DNA of 64,000 nt from IMG/VR virus record IMGVR_UViG_3300021399_000097; one strand, given 5' to 3'. This DNA is from a virus. Taxonomy: Duplodnaviria; Heunggongvirae; Uroviricota; Caudoviricetes. Positions 9,415 to 20,105 of the stretch are shown one piece after another. The notes under the pieces are model-generated. The model was not told where the DNA came from, made no database searches, and saw nothing but the letters and a program-made list of their open reading frames with translations. The translations under genes and the position numbers were made by a program. The stretch's first letter is position 1. Each line of letters begins with the position of its first letter.

Positions 9415-10956
9415 ATGAGTCATGCAAGTATTGCAATGCCAGAGCGTCCAATAGAATTAATTGATATTACTCCGGTAAATCCTCTTATTTCAAAGTGTAA
9501 AATTAAAGTATGTTATGTTGGAGACGAACCCAATAGAAATAAAAGTATAATTTCTAAGGAAGTCGCAAAGGATTTAGCTAATAGTATCCCTGGATGCCCT
9601 ATTGTAGGTTTCTTTAATGAATCTACAGGAGATTTTGAAGAACATAATCGTGTTATTGATATTTCAAATGGGAAATTTTAGATTAAAGATACGACTCGTC
9701 CTTATGGCTTTGTAAGTATGGATGCGCCAGTTTGGTTCTAGTGGTTTGAAGATGATGGAGAACCTCATGAATATCTTATGACCGAAGGTTATATTTGGAC
9801 TGGTCAATATCCAGAAAGCCAACGAGTAATAGAACAAGGTAATAATCAATCTATGGAATTATCTGAAGATTTATTAGATGCGCATTGGACAAAAGATAAT
9901 AATGGAAATCCTTAGTTTTTCATTATAAATGAAGCAATAATGTCTAAACTGTGTATTTTAGGTGAAGATGTTGAACCTTGTTTTGAAGGAGCTTCTATTA
10001 CTAAATTTGCGTTTGAGGATGACTTCAAGTAGAAGCTATTCTCATTGATGACTTAGATGCAAGAAATTCTGAAAGAAGGAGGAGCACCAGTGTTTAATAG
10101 ATATGCTGTTGAAATTGGTGATTCTTTATGGGGTGCCATTTATGAACATGTTTGGTCTTTTGGCCATGATGAAAATTATTGTTCAATGTACGCTATTGAT
10201 GGCATTTATGAAGAGAATAGCCAAAAATTTGCCATTCTTCAAGACCGCAAAACAAAAAAATATTATCAATTAAATTTTTCCATTGATGAAAGCAATGGTT
10301 TAGTAATTGATAATGACTTAACAGAAGTTGTTTTAACTTATGTCCCTGCGGCAGAATCTCAATTTGCTAAAGAAGCTGTTGAGGCTTATGAATTAGATTT
10401 TGCTAATAAAAAGAAAGCAGAAGAAGCATAGGTTGAAGAGCCTGTTGCGGAAGAGCCTGCTAAGGCTGAAGAAGAAGTGGTTGAAGAACCAGAAGCTGAA
10501 GAAGAGCCAGCACAAAAATATAGCCTTGAAGATATTGAGGAATATGTAACTCTTCAGAATGATTATAATCAGCTTCAAAACACTTATAGTGAGCTTCAGA
10601 ACAAATATGCTGAATTAGAGAAAGCAAATGCTACTCTTACAGCACAGGTTGAAGAACTTACTAATTTTAAATTAAAAATTGATAGGGAACAGAAGAAAGA
10701 TTTAATTGCTAATACTTTCTATATGCTCTCTGACGATTTAAAGAAAGATTGCATTGATAACATTGATAAATATACTTACGATGAAATTGAAGCAAAGCTT
10801 TCTGTAATTTGTGTCCGAAATAAGGTTAGTTTCGATCTTGATAAACCGGAAGAAACCCAGACTATTTTCAACTTAAATAGTGTTGAAGAAGAAGATGCAG
10901 GAATCCCTGATTGGGTTAAACGTGTTCAAGAAGTTGCGAAAGAAAAAAACATTTAA
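9415..10956 (+). CDS. Prohead protease / scaffold fusion, 513 aa
   Basis: N-terminal protease-like region (PIVG, QSMEL, LCILGEDVEPCFEGA) followed by an acidic coiled-coil C-terminal part; immediately upstream of the capsid genes. Confidence 0.8.
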
Positions 10957-10975
10957 ACAAGGAGGATAATATAAA

Positions 10976-11764
10976 ATGCTTAATGATTTCTTAAAAAAGA
11001 ACATTACAAGTCAAGCTGCTTATATTCAGGCTAATGGTTATGGCTACGGCCAAGTTGAACCAAATCACCTCTCTGGCCAGGCAACAAAAGAAGTTTACGC
11101 TCAGTTACCTGCTAAGAAAGATATTGACATTCTTGAAAATGGTCAGTTTGCAAAATATAATTATGCTGATGAAGTCGTTGATTTTGAAGGTCCAGGCGAA
11201 TGGATGCTCGTTTTCAATGAAATCAAACTTTATCGTGAACATCAGGTTGATGCTGAGTTTGCAATGATTAAAGATAACTATCAAGCTCGTGTTTATAGCC
11301 CATTTGGTGGCGATCGTGATGGTAATCCAGATACTGTTTGGACAAAGCAGTCTCGTTACTACAATGGCCAGGGTGTTGACGCAGCTGATGGTTCTATTAC
11401 CTTCAATGATGGTAAAGTCAAAGTTGGCGATAATGAATGGCCAGTTGATGATGTCACTGCTGCTCCTGATATGTATGAAATTCACTATAATGAAGATCCA
11501 TTCCATATTGAATCTCTTTATCGTGAAAAATTAATGCCAGAAAATGGTAGTTCTATGGTTCCTCGTCTTATTAAGACTCATGTTGGTGATATTTATACCA
11601 CTAATATGATTGGTGAAGAAGAAGTTGCTCTTAAAGATGAACTTTCTCCAAACGAGAAGGGTATCCTTTCCAAGAGTGGCGATGGTTCTATCGTATGGCA
11701 GGTTGTTAAAATCTATACTATGCCCGATCATCAACCAGGCGTAAAATTAATGCGTATTAAGTAA
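10976..11764 (+). CDS. Capsid-associated (decoration/minor capsid) protein, 262 aa, TAG-free
   Basis: Intact ORF between scaffold and major capsid genes; strong RBS; function inferred from position. Confidence 0.65.
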   Translation: MLNDFLKKNITSQAAYIQANGYGYGQVEPNHLSGQATKEVYAQLPAKKDIDILENGQFAKYNYADEVVDFEGPGEWMLVFNEIKLYREHQVDAEFAMIKDNYQARVYSPFGGDRDGNPDTVWTKQSRYYNGQGVDAADGSITFNDGKVKVGDNEWPVDDVTAAPDMYEIHYNEDPFHIESLYREKLMPENGSSMVPRLIKTHVGDIYTTNMIGEEEVALKDELSPNEKGILSKSGDGSIVWQVVKIYTMPDHQPGVKLMRIK

Positions 11765-11783
11765 TTAGAAAGGAGAGAAGAAA

Positions 11784-12950
11784 ATGTTAGAGTTTAAAGA
11801 ATTACTTCAATTAATGAAAGTTGCTGCTAAAGCAAATGCTTCTGCTCCTACTTCTTATAACTGGAATGGTCAGAGCCTTAGTTGCGACGCTATTAATGAA
11901 ACCCTTCGTCAAGAACTCAATGAACTTTGTGGTTCTAACGCTGCTTATCGTGAAAATAAGAACACTATCTTTAGCTTAATTGAACAGACTCTTGATGAGG
12001 TTCTTCCTAAGAAAGTTACCGAGACTTACATGCAGTTCGCTGATGTTAAAGTTTTCGGCCAGGGTGATAAACCCATTTTCCGTAGAAAGCTCAACTCCAA
12101 TAACCGTGCAAAGCAGTTCATCACTCGTGTTGCACATGCTGGTGTTTATGAGGTTTTCAAACTTGGACGTAATGAAGAAGCTTTTGAAGTGCGCACCAGC
12201 GTAATTGGTGGCGCTGCTCAGATTGGCTTTGAAGAGTTCCTTGATGGTCGTGTTGATTTCGCAGAAGTCACTCGTATCGTTTATGAAGGAATGGAAGAGC
12301 TTATCGCAAAAGAAGTTGCCCATGCTCTTAAGGCTTCTATCAATCAGCTTCCTCCAGCAAATCGCGTTGCTGCTAACGGATTTGATGAGAGTGAATTTGA
12401 CCGTCTCTTAAATATTGCTTCTAACTACGGCACTCCTGCAATTTACTGCACATATGAGTTTGCTGTTAAGATGATTCCTCAGGAAGCTTGGAGATATACC
12501 GAAGGTATGAAACAAGAACTTTGGAACAGTGGCCGTCTTGCAAACTACAAAGGCCGTACTGTTACTATTCTTGAACAGGGTTTTGAGGATGAAACCAATG
12601 AGCGCAAGGTTATTGACCCAGGTTATTGCTGGATTATTCCTTCTGGCGCTAATGGCAAGCCTGTGAAGATTGCTTTTGAAGGCAATACTTTAGTTCGTGA
12701 AGATGACAACCGTGGCGACTGGTCCAAAGAGATTCATGTCTATCGTAAGGTCGGCGTTGTTGCTATGCTCACTAACGATATTTGCTGCTATGTTGATACT
12801 TCTCTTATGGGTCAGATGGATCAGTGGTACCTCAATGGTGTTACTGGTAACGTTATCACCTATGATGGACGTTTTGATGGCGCAGTTAATGAAGATGGTT
12901 CCGAAGCTGGCTCTGAAGGTTCCGAGCCTGTAAATCCAGATCAACCATAA
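11784..12950 (+). CDS. Major capsid protein, 388 aa, TAG-free
   Basis: Position, size, strong RBS, high-expression-type codon bias and downstream hairpin. Confidence 0.85.
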   Translation: MLEFKELLQLMKVAAKANASAPTSYNWNGQSLSCDAINETLRQELNELCGSNAAYRENKNTIFSLIEQTLDEVLPKKVTETYMQFADVKVFGQGDKPIFRRKLNSNNRAKQFITRVAHAGVYEVFKLGRNEEAFEVRTSVIGGAAQIGFEEFLDGRVDFAEVTRIVYEGMEELIAKEVAHALKASINQLPPANRVAANGFDESEFDRLLNIASNYGTPAIYCTYEFAVKMIPQEAWRYTEGMKQELWNSGRLANYKGRTVTILEQGFEDETNERKVIDPGYCWIIPSGANGKPVKIAFEGNTLVREDDNRGDWSKEIHVYRKVGVVAMLTNDICCYVDTSLMGQMDQWYLNGVTGNVITYDGRFDGAVNEDGSEAGSEGSEPVNPDQP

Positions 12951-12983
12951 TTAATAATTAATAATTAAATATATAATTTACTA

Positions 12984-13012
12984 GGGGAGAGGGAGATAAT
13001 CTCCCACTCCCC
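12984..13012 (+). terminator. Hairpin, probable terminator after the major capsid gene
   Basis: GGGGAG-A-GGGAGA / TCTCCC-A-CTCCCC stem followed by T-rich sequence. Confidence 0.65.
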
Positions 13013-13048
13013 TTGATTGTTTTTATGAGGAAAAGGAGATAAAAAATT

Positions 13049-13588
13049 ATGCCAAAAAATTATTTTTATAATGTGAAAAATCGCAGTTCTAGCACTATTT
13101 TATATAAGATTCCAGAAGATGGTATCCGTAGAACTTTTGCCCCCGGAGAGATGAAAAGAATCTCTTACGATGAATTACTTCATTTAAGTTATCAGCCAGG
13201 TGGTCGTGAATTAATGGCCAATTTCTTACAGATTCAAAGTGATGGCGTGCTTCAAAGTTTGAATATTAAAGCTGAGCCAGAATATCATATGTCTGAAGTC
13301 CAGATTGTTGATATGTTAAAGAATGGTTCATTAGACCAGTTTCTTGATTGTCTTGATTATGCTCCTATTGGAGTTATTGATTTAATCAAAAAATATGCTG
13401 TTTCCCTTCCACTTTCTGATTATGATAAACGTCAAGCATTAAAGAAAAAGACTGGTTTTGATGTTGATGCAGCAGTTGCTAATTCTGGATTAGAGCCTGC
13501 GGCCGGTGCTGAGGGAGAAAAGGCTGAAGAAAGTGCTCCTTCTGCTCGTAGAACAAAGCCTAATTATAAAGTAGTAAATCAAGGGTAA
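13049..13588 (+). CDS. 179-aa hypothetical head-region protein, TAG-free
   Basis: Intact ORF with AAGGAG RBS. Confidence 0.75.
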   Translation: MPKNYFYNVKNRSSSTILYKIPEDGIRRTFAPGEMKRISYDELLHLSYQPGGRELMANFLQIQSDGVLQSLNIKAEPEYHMSEVQIVDMLKNGSLDQFLDCLDYAPIGVIDLIKKYAVSLPLSDYDKRQALKKKTGFDVDAAVANSGLEPAAGAEGEKAEESAPSARRTKPNYKVVNQG

Positions 13589-13608
13589 TTCATAGAAAGG
13601 AGCGAGCT

Positions 13609-14199
13609 GTGAACATGACTCAATTCGCAGATATATATAATCGCTTTCTTGGAAAAATTACTGATGACATGTATGTTGAATTGACTCCTGAAGATACAAT
13701 TAAAGATTTGCGTAATCTTTTAATTGATGCATTACCTGGTTTTGAATTTCCTCGTCGCAATTTATATGATTATACAATTAGTGAAGAAATTAAACGTGAA
13801 GATCAAGTTGAGGATGGAGAATTCATTATTGGTATTCTTTGGGATGATGATCTTGAAGATGATGAGTTAGGGGAAACCCCTTTATGTGTAGTAGAAAAAT
13901 CTACTTTCGCAGCCGAATTAAATTCGGAAGAGATAAATATTTTAGCCATACTCATGATGATAGGATGGGTACAGCGACAAGTTACTTCTATTGAAAATAC
14001 TCGTATGAAATATAGTGGGCCAGATTTTAAAATGACTTCGCAGGCAAACCATTTATAGAAACTTTTAGGTTTATTAGGAGAATGTCAGCGATAGTCACAT
14101 CATATGCAACGGCTTTATAAAAGAAGAAAGATAAACCATGCGGATATGAATTATCAATCCAACTGGGATAATGCGTTAGGCCATGGCGTATACTACTAA
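13609..14199 (+). CDS. 196-aa putative head-tail connector (adaptor) protein
   Basis: Read through 2 TAGs to TAA; function inferred from position. Confidence 0.6.
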
Positions 14200-14491
14200 A
14201 TATGGTTTTGAGTTTTCAAGAGAAGAAGTAAGTAAAGAAGTAATTCGTTTAACCAATCAATTATGGAAGTTAATTCCTATGAGAGAAAATAATGAAGATT
14301 GGGATAAACAATTGGAAACAGTTATTATAGATATTGCGGGCAAGGATGAAATATTTCTCCATGACTCGCATTTTTTATAGCTGTTATCTAAATTAGAAGG
14401 ATTACGAATTGTTGATGTAGAGTTCGCAATCTATAGAAAGACTGTATTTGAATGTATTAATTTGATAAATGAAACCATTTCGTTAGATTAA
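14183..14491 (+). CDS. 102-aa hypothetical protein
   Basis: One TAG read through; TAA stop. Confidence 0.65.
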
Positions 14492-15596
14492 TCCTCTTGG
14501 CATTGGGCCAGCGAGAACATTAAAACTAATGGGAAGTCGTTTAGGTAATACGGACTTTCCGCACTATTACAAAGATACAGTTGAGAATGCGAACCACTTG
14601 GCTAAAGCATTATCTATGCGTGGCGGTTTTCCTCAACAAGAAAGAATGATTAGAGATAAGCGAAAATCATTAGATAAAGCAACAATGTATTCTTATCAAG
14701 CTTGTTGGGTAAAAAAGATTTAGGATAAAGATAGTTTAGATGTTACTGATTTGAATTATCCATTAGCAAGAGCTTTAATTAACCCTGATAAGAATAAAAC
14801 TGATTATGATGATAAAATTATTTCTATTGGTTTTGAACATGATTTTCATCCAGGCGATGTATTTGAATGGTGTAGAACTCATACCTATTGGTTAGTCTAT
14901 TTATAGGATGTTGATGAAATAGCCTATTTTAGAGGAGAGATTAGACGCTGTGATTATCAGATAAACTGGTTGGATGAAGATGGTAATGAGTTAAGTACTT
15001 ATGCAGCTATTCGTGGACCAGTAGAAACTAAAATTAATTTTATTCAAAAGCATTAGATAAGCATTGATGAACCTAACTATTCTTTGCATATCTTATTGCC
15101 AAGAAATGAAGATACAATGAAATAGTTTAAACGCTATTCAAAGTTTTATTTAAAAACAGCTGATGCACCAGATGATAGTATCTGTTGGCGTGTTGAAGCT
15201 ACCGACTCAATTAGTACAAAAGGGATTCTTGAAATAACAGCAGTTGAATATTATGCTAATGAAACTGAAGATGATGTTGAAAAAGGGCTAGTGGGTGCTT
15301 TTGTTGAAAAAGTAAAAGAGCCAGAAATTAATCCAAAATTAGATATCGTTGGACCAACCTTTATTAAACCAAAAGTTGAATATACTTATTATGTTGATAA
15401 TAAGGAACCAGGAGATTGGTATATAGATGGGCCGAAGGTACCAGTTAAATTAGAAAAATATACTACTGAAGGTGGAACTCCTGCTGTTAAAGTCACTTGG
15501 ACCAGTTCATATAGTGGGCAATTTACTTTATGGTTTGGTCAAGAAGGACATGAAAAGAATTTCACAAAAACTATTGTAGTTGAGTCTTTGTTTTGA
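14469..15596 (+). CDS. 375-aa putative head-closure/neck protein (alternative start 14529)
   Basis: One frame through TAGs to TGA; function inferred from position. Confidence 0.6.
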
Positions 15597-15616
15597 GTTA
15601 AAGGAGATTAAGAGAT

Positions 15617-16258
15617 ATGAAGATTGAAAGTTATCATCCACCGAAAAGCAGTTTTTTATCTATAAATAAAGACATGCGCTTATTAGTTGATAAAATACTT
15701 TCTAATGATAGATTATGTAAATTATTATATTATACAACTAAAGATGCATTAGAAAAACCAAAAGTTCCAGATAATGAAAAAATTGCTATGTTTAATAAGG
15801 AAATTAGAATTGTTCCTAAATTATATGTTGATAAACCAGTTTTAAATTATATTATTATCAGTTTTGATAATTTTGTTGAAAGTGAGAATCCAGAGTTTAG
15901 AGATAATATAATTGAATTTGACATATTATGTCATTTTGATTAGTGGCAATTAAAAGATTTTGATTTGCGGCCTTATCGCATAGCTGCAGAACTTGATAGC
16001 ATGCTTGATAAAAAGAAACTTACTGGTATTGGTAAGGTTGAATTTTATGGAGCAAAAGAAATTTTATTAACAGATGAATTTGCTGGATTATGTTTAATGT
16101 TTAAAACATATCATGGTGAAGAAGATAAGAAGCGTATGCCAAATCCTGCTGATTAGGATAAGTTTGAAAAAGAATTCAAAAAAATGATTGAAATTCAAGA
16201 AGAATAGGCTAAGGAGTACCCACATGGATTATAGGCTAGCCTTAATGTGCGGGAATGA
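15617..16258 (+). CDS. Putative tail-completion/terminator protein, 213 aa if all TAGs are read through (196 aa if the TAG at 16205 is a stop)
   Basis: Joined ORF fragments; position just before the tail-tube region. Confidence 0.6.
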
Positions 16259-16949
16259 CCTGCCAGTCCCAGAATGTTAGTTAGTTATACATCAACCTTC
16301 AATCAATGAAATCGCTTTAATTGGAGACAAAGTTTTTTTTAAAGCTACTCAAGTTTTATGTTTACATAAAACTATGTTTGCGGAGGACAAAACAGTTTTA
16401 TTAAACATAAATAATTTTTAGATATTTATGATGATAATACAAGATGAAAAGGCGAAAGATAAAAAGGATGCAGTAAAATAGGTTCTTACTTTATTGTTTC
16501 CTAATTATAAAGTTTTATTTACTCCCAAGTCAATTTTATTTCAAACCGAAGATAATGAATCCATTATTGTAGATGAAAATAATTTTGAACAACTTTAGGA
16601 AGTCTTTCGTTTAGTGTTTTGTATGTAGAATGCTCCGATGGATTAGAGAGCATTTAATCCAGAAGGAGATAAAGCAAAGGCAATAGCAAAAAAGTTAATG
16701 CGTGGTAGAGAACGCATAGCGCAAGAAAAAGGCGAAAATAACTCTAGTATTTTTAGTTAGTATCTTTCTACATTGTCTATTGGTTTACATCAGCCATTAA
16801 CATATTTAAAAGAACTAACTATGTTTTAGTTGTATGACCAAATTGAACGATTTATGTTATGGGTCAACTGGGATTTAGATGTCAGGATGCGCCTAGCTGG
16901 TGGTAAACCTGAAGACAAACCAGACAACTGGATGAAAAATATTCATTAA
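16224..16949 (+). CDS. 241-aa hypothetical tail-region protein, absent from the ORF track (8 TAG=Gln)
   Basis: AAGGAG RBS, ATG 16224, TAA 16947-16949, no TAA/TGA in between. Confidence 0.8.
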
Positions 16950-16972
16950 AATCATAAGGAGGAAAATACACT

Positions 16973-18034
16973 ATGAAATTTGGTGTTCGTGAGATTTGTG
17001 ACGTTGTCCTTCGTGCCAAGGCTCGTCAGCAAATTGGTAACAAAATTTTCTATAAGAATGAACCTGTCATTTATTTTGATACATTAAAGACCTCTAGTAT
17101 GGAAGGCCAGGCAACCACTGTTTATGCACAGGGTGGTCGTGGTAATGCTCGTCTCGTTGCTTGGGAAGGTGAACGTACTATTACCTTCACAATGGAAGAC
17201 GCTCTTATTTCTCCCGAAGGCTTTATGATTCTTTCTGGTGCCGGTCTTGTTGAAGCAACTTCTGCAAAACCTGTGTATCAGCATATGACTGAAACCATTG
17301 ATGGTAGCGATATTTCTATTAACACTGCTGAAAGCACTGTTACTATTACTCTTAAAAACAAGCCATATATGCCTGCTGACAAGGGTGAGAACTTTGCTTA
17401 TGTTATGTTCATGCGCGATGGTGAAATCGTAACTGAACCTTACATTCCAGTACATGAATCTGAAGATTATACTGTTGAAAAGATTGAAGGCGCTACTCCA
17501 GAAGAAGATAGATATCAAATCATTGTTCGCGCCCATGAGTGCTATGATGATGCTCATAATGGCGAAGCTGTTGATTATGTCATCGGACAGATTGACCAAG
17601 TGAAATTTGATAGCGTTCTTGTTGACTTCTATGTAGCTCGCGAAGCTGCTGCAAAACAGATTGAGATTACCCCAGATAAGTTCGGTGGTAACTTCTATCT
17701 TGAAGCTTCTACTTTATTCCGTGATACTAATGGTGTTGATATGCCTGCAGAGTTCATTATTCCTAACTGCAAGATTCAATCCAACTTCACATTCACAATG
17801 GCATCTTCTGGTGATCCTTCTAGCTTCACCTTCACAATGGATGCTTTCCCTGATTACACTCGCTTTGATCATAGTAAGAAAGTTCTTGCTGCTATTCAAA
17901 TCATTGAAGAAGCTGGGTCTCAGGATCTCCACCGTGGTGCTACACCAAATGGTGACTATAAAGTTGACGGCGTTGCTGGCGTTGACACTCATGAAGACCT
18001 TTGGTCTAATCGTGTTGAGAACGCAGGCGGTTAA
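16973..18034 (+). CDS. Major tail (tube) protein, 353 aa, TAG-free
   Basis: Strong RBS, high-expression-type codon bias, downstream terminator, Phe/Thr-rich beta-strand motifs (FTFTMASSGDPSSFTFTMD), position upstream of the tape measure gene. Confidence 0.8.
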   Translation: MKFGVREICDVVLRAKARQQIGNKIFYKNEPVIYFDTLKTSSMEGQATTVYAQGGRGNARLVAWEGERTITFTMEDALISPEGFMILSGAGLVEATSAKPVYQHMTETIDGSDISINTAESTVTITLKNKPYMPADKGENFAYVMFMRDGEIVTEPYIPVHESEDYTVEKIEGATPEEDRYQIIVRAHECYDDAHNGEAVDYVIGQIDQVKFDSVLVDFYVAREAAAKQIEITPDKFGGNFYLEASTLFRDTNGVDMPAEFIIPNCKIQSNFTFTMASSGDPSSFTFTMDAFPDYTRFDHSKKVLAAIQIIEEAGSQDLHRGATPNGDYKVDGVAGVDTHEDLWSNRVENAGG

Positions 18035-18046
18035 TTTAATTAACTT

Positions 18047-18080
18047 AAGGGAAAGAGATTTAATCTCTTTCCCTTTTTCT
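18047..18080 (+). terminator. Rho-independent terminator
   Basis: AAGGGAAAGAGATT / AATCTCTTTCCCTT stem plus T-run. Confidence 0.85.
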
Positions 18081-18099
18081 TTTTAGGTGGTGAAAATTA

Positions 18100-19302
18100 A
18101 TGGCAGGAATTGGAGTTGAAGCAGCAGCTCAGGCTGAATTAGAAGAAGCTAGTACACAAGAATTTACTGAAGCATGGACTAAAGAAACTGGTGGTTTATT
18201 AGCATAGCTATAGAGTTTTTCTAATTAGTTAAATACATGTTATCAAAATATTATTTAGACAGATGGAATAATGTCTTAGGCTGAAGCTAGACGATAGTAG
18301 ATGAAATCAATGCTAGAAAAAAATTATATGGAAAGAACTAAAAAAGATACAGCAGAAGATTTAGCAAAAGAAATTAAAAAATATGTATATGCAAGTTCTA
18401 AAGGCGGAGCTGATATTTTAATTAAAGATGGTTTAGAAAAAGCAGAAATTTATTCAATGTTATGGCAAGCTAGGTCAGATACTTATAATATTGGATATGG
18501 TAAAGAAAGTCAAGAAATGCTAACTAAAACTGCATTGTCTGGTATGAAGTTAGTATATCAATTAAGAGCAATGATAACAAATGAACCAGAAGAAAAAATG
18601 GTAGTTACTTTTGCTGAAGGTGGGTTTAGAAAAGAATCATAGAACGTAAAAGCTTTGACAATTCCTATGTCCAAATTTTTAGATTCAGCAATTCATGCAA
18701 CAAATGAATTAATTGAATTTAATCAAGAAGCTTTTTCTAAACAATTATATGGAGATCCATATAAACTTAAATTACGTTCAAATAGAACAGTACTAGATTA
18801 GTTAAAATAGATTGAAGGTAGTCAAGTTACTGATTTAATAATAAAAAATGGTAATGGACAAGAATAGTCAGTTACTAGACAATTATATGAATAGTTAATT
18901 ACTAATAGAAATTTTTTATTGCGCTCAGACAGTAATTATGATGTTATTAGAAAAGGACAGAGTGGTGCGGTTGCAGAATCTTTAGTAGATGCAGCTTTTA
19001 ATAATAGAGATTTTCAATATCAAAAAGATAGTGCTGTTTGGTATTAGGAGCCAGATGTAACAGCAAATGGATAGGGATATAGTGTAAAAAATTTTATTGG
19101 AGGAAATCCTACTCTGTTAAGAATCAATAGTTTGCATACTGTTATTGATGGATTAATAGCGCAATTATCACGCACTGATCTTTCTACAAGTGAAATAATT
19201 CAAAATATACGGACAGAAGTTTTTAAAGTTACAGAAGGATTAGATGCAGCAACAGAATAGTTTTTAGAAAAACTGATTTCTACTGGAATAGGATTTGGAT
19301 GA
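18100..19302 (+). CDS. 400-aa hypothetical protein (15 TAG=Gln) with a possible degenerate PD-(D/E)XK motif
   Basis: ATG 18100 to TGA 19300-19302 without TAA/TGA; EPDVTANGQGYSVKNF. Confidence 0.7.
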
Positions 19303-19304
19303 TC

Positions 19305-19333
19305 TTGACAATTTATAAAAAATATGTTATACT
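19305..19333 (+). promoter_or_regulatory. Internal sigmaA-type promoter with extended -10
   Basis: TTGACA-17-TATACT with TGt extension; AAGGAGG RBS downstream. Confidence 0.85.
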
Positions 19334-19366
19334 TAAATTAAGTATAGAGAAGAAGGAGGCCACATT

Positions 19367-19900
19367 ATGGCAAAAGTTGGTTTAACCAAATTAGGTTTAA
19401 AAGTAAATACTAATGTTATTCCTTTAACTTGGAATAATGAAGTAATTGAAATAAAAGAATATCTTCCAATAGAGAAAAAATTAGAAATGATTACGCGTAT
19501 TGTTGCATAGTCATTAGATGATAATAATTTTGCAAATCCTGCAAGATTAAAAATCTTTACTTGTTTAGAGGTAATGTATGCTTATACTAATATTAATTTC
19601 ACAGATAAGCAGAAAGAAGATATTCTTGGCTTGTATGATTTACTTAACAGCTCTGGTTTATGGAAGCAAGTAAAAAATATACTTGAAGATACTAAACCAA
19701 ATGAATGGGATATTATTGCTCAAACAACTAAAGAAGTTGTTAATGAAGTTTATAAATATAGAGATTCTGCACTTGGCATTATGCAAGCAGTGGCAGAAGA
19801 TTATAAAAATCTTGATTTAGATGCTACAAAAATTGAAGAAAAAATTGCTAATAAAGAGAATCTTAAATTATTAGATACAGTAGTAAATAAATTAGGATAA
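19367..19900 (+). CDS. 177-aa protein, tail assembly chaperone candidate
   Basis: ATG after AAGGAGG; one TAG; helical and directly upstream of the tape measure gene. Confidence 0.65.
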
Positions 19901-20028
19901 TTATGAAAATAGAATATAGTTTTAATATATTAAGAGTGCAATTAAAATGGATGCGTAGCTTATTAACCAGATTAGGTTAATATAACTATTTTATTTTTTA
20001 AAAATAAATAGGAATGATTAAAATATAT

Positions 20029-20064
20029 AAAGGTTATTGGAAATTGTTCCAATAACCTTTTTTT
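20029..20064 (+). terminator. Rho-independent terminator
   Basis: AAAGGTTATTGGAA / TTCCAATAACCTTT stem plus T-run. Confidence 0.85.
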
Positions 20065-20105
20065 CTTTATATAGATTTTAAAAGAGAGAAAGGAGTTTTT
20101 ATAAT

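Noticed and set aside
11034-12944. Alternative-frame and antisense ORFs over the capsid genes (and 17084-18086 over the tail tube)
   Set aside because: Expected by-products of strong codon bias in highly expressed genes; no RBS or recognisable motifs.
19367-20105. Programmed -1 frameshift of a lambda G/GT-type tail chaperone
   Set aside because: No in-phase XXXYYYZ slippery heptamer found near the end of the ORF, and the downstream sequence is a short non-coding stretch with a terminator.
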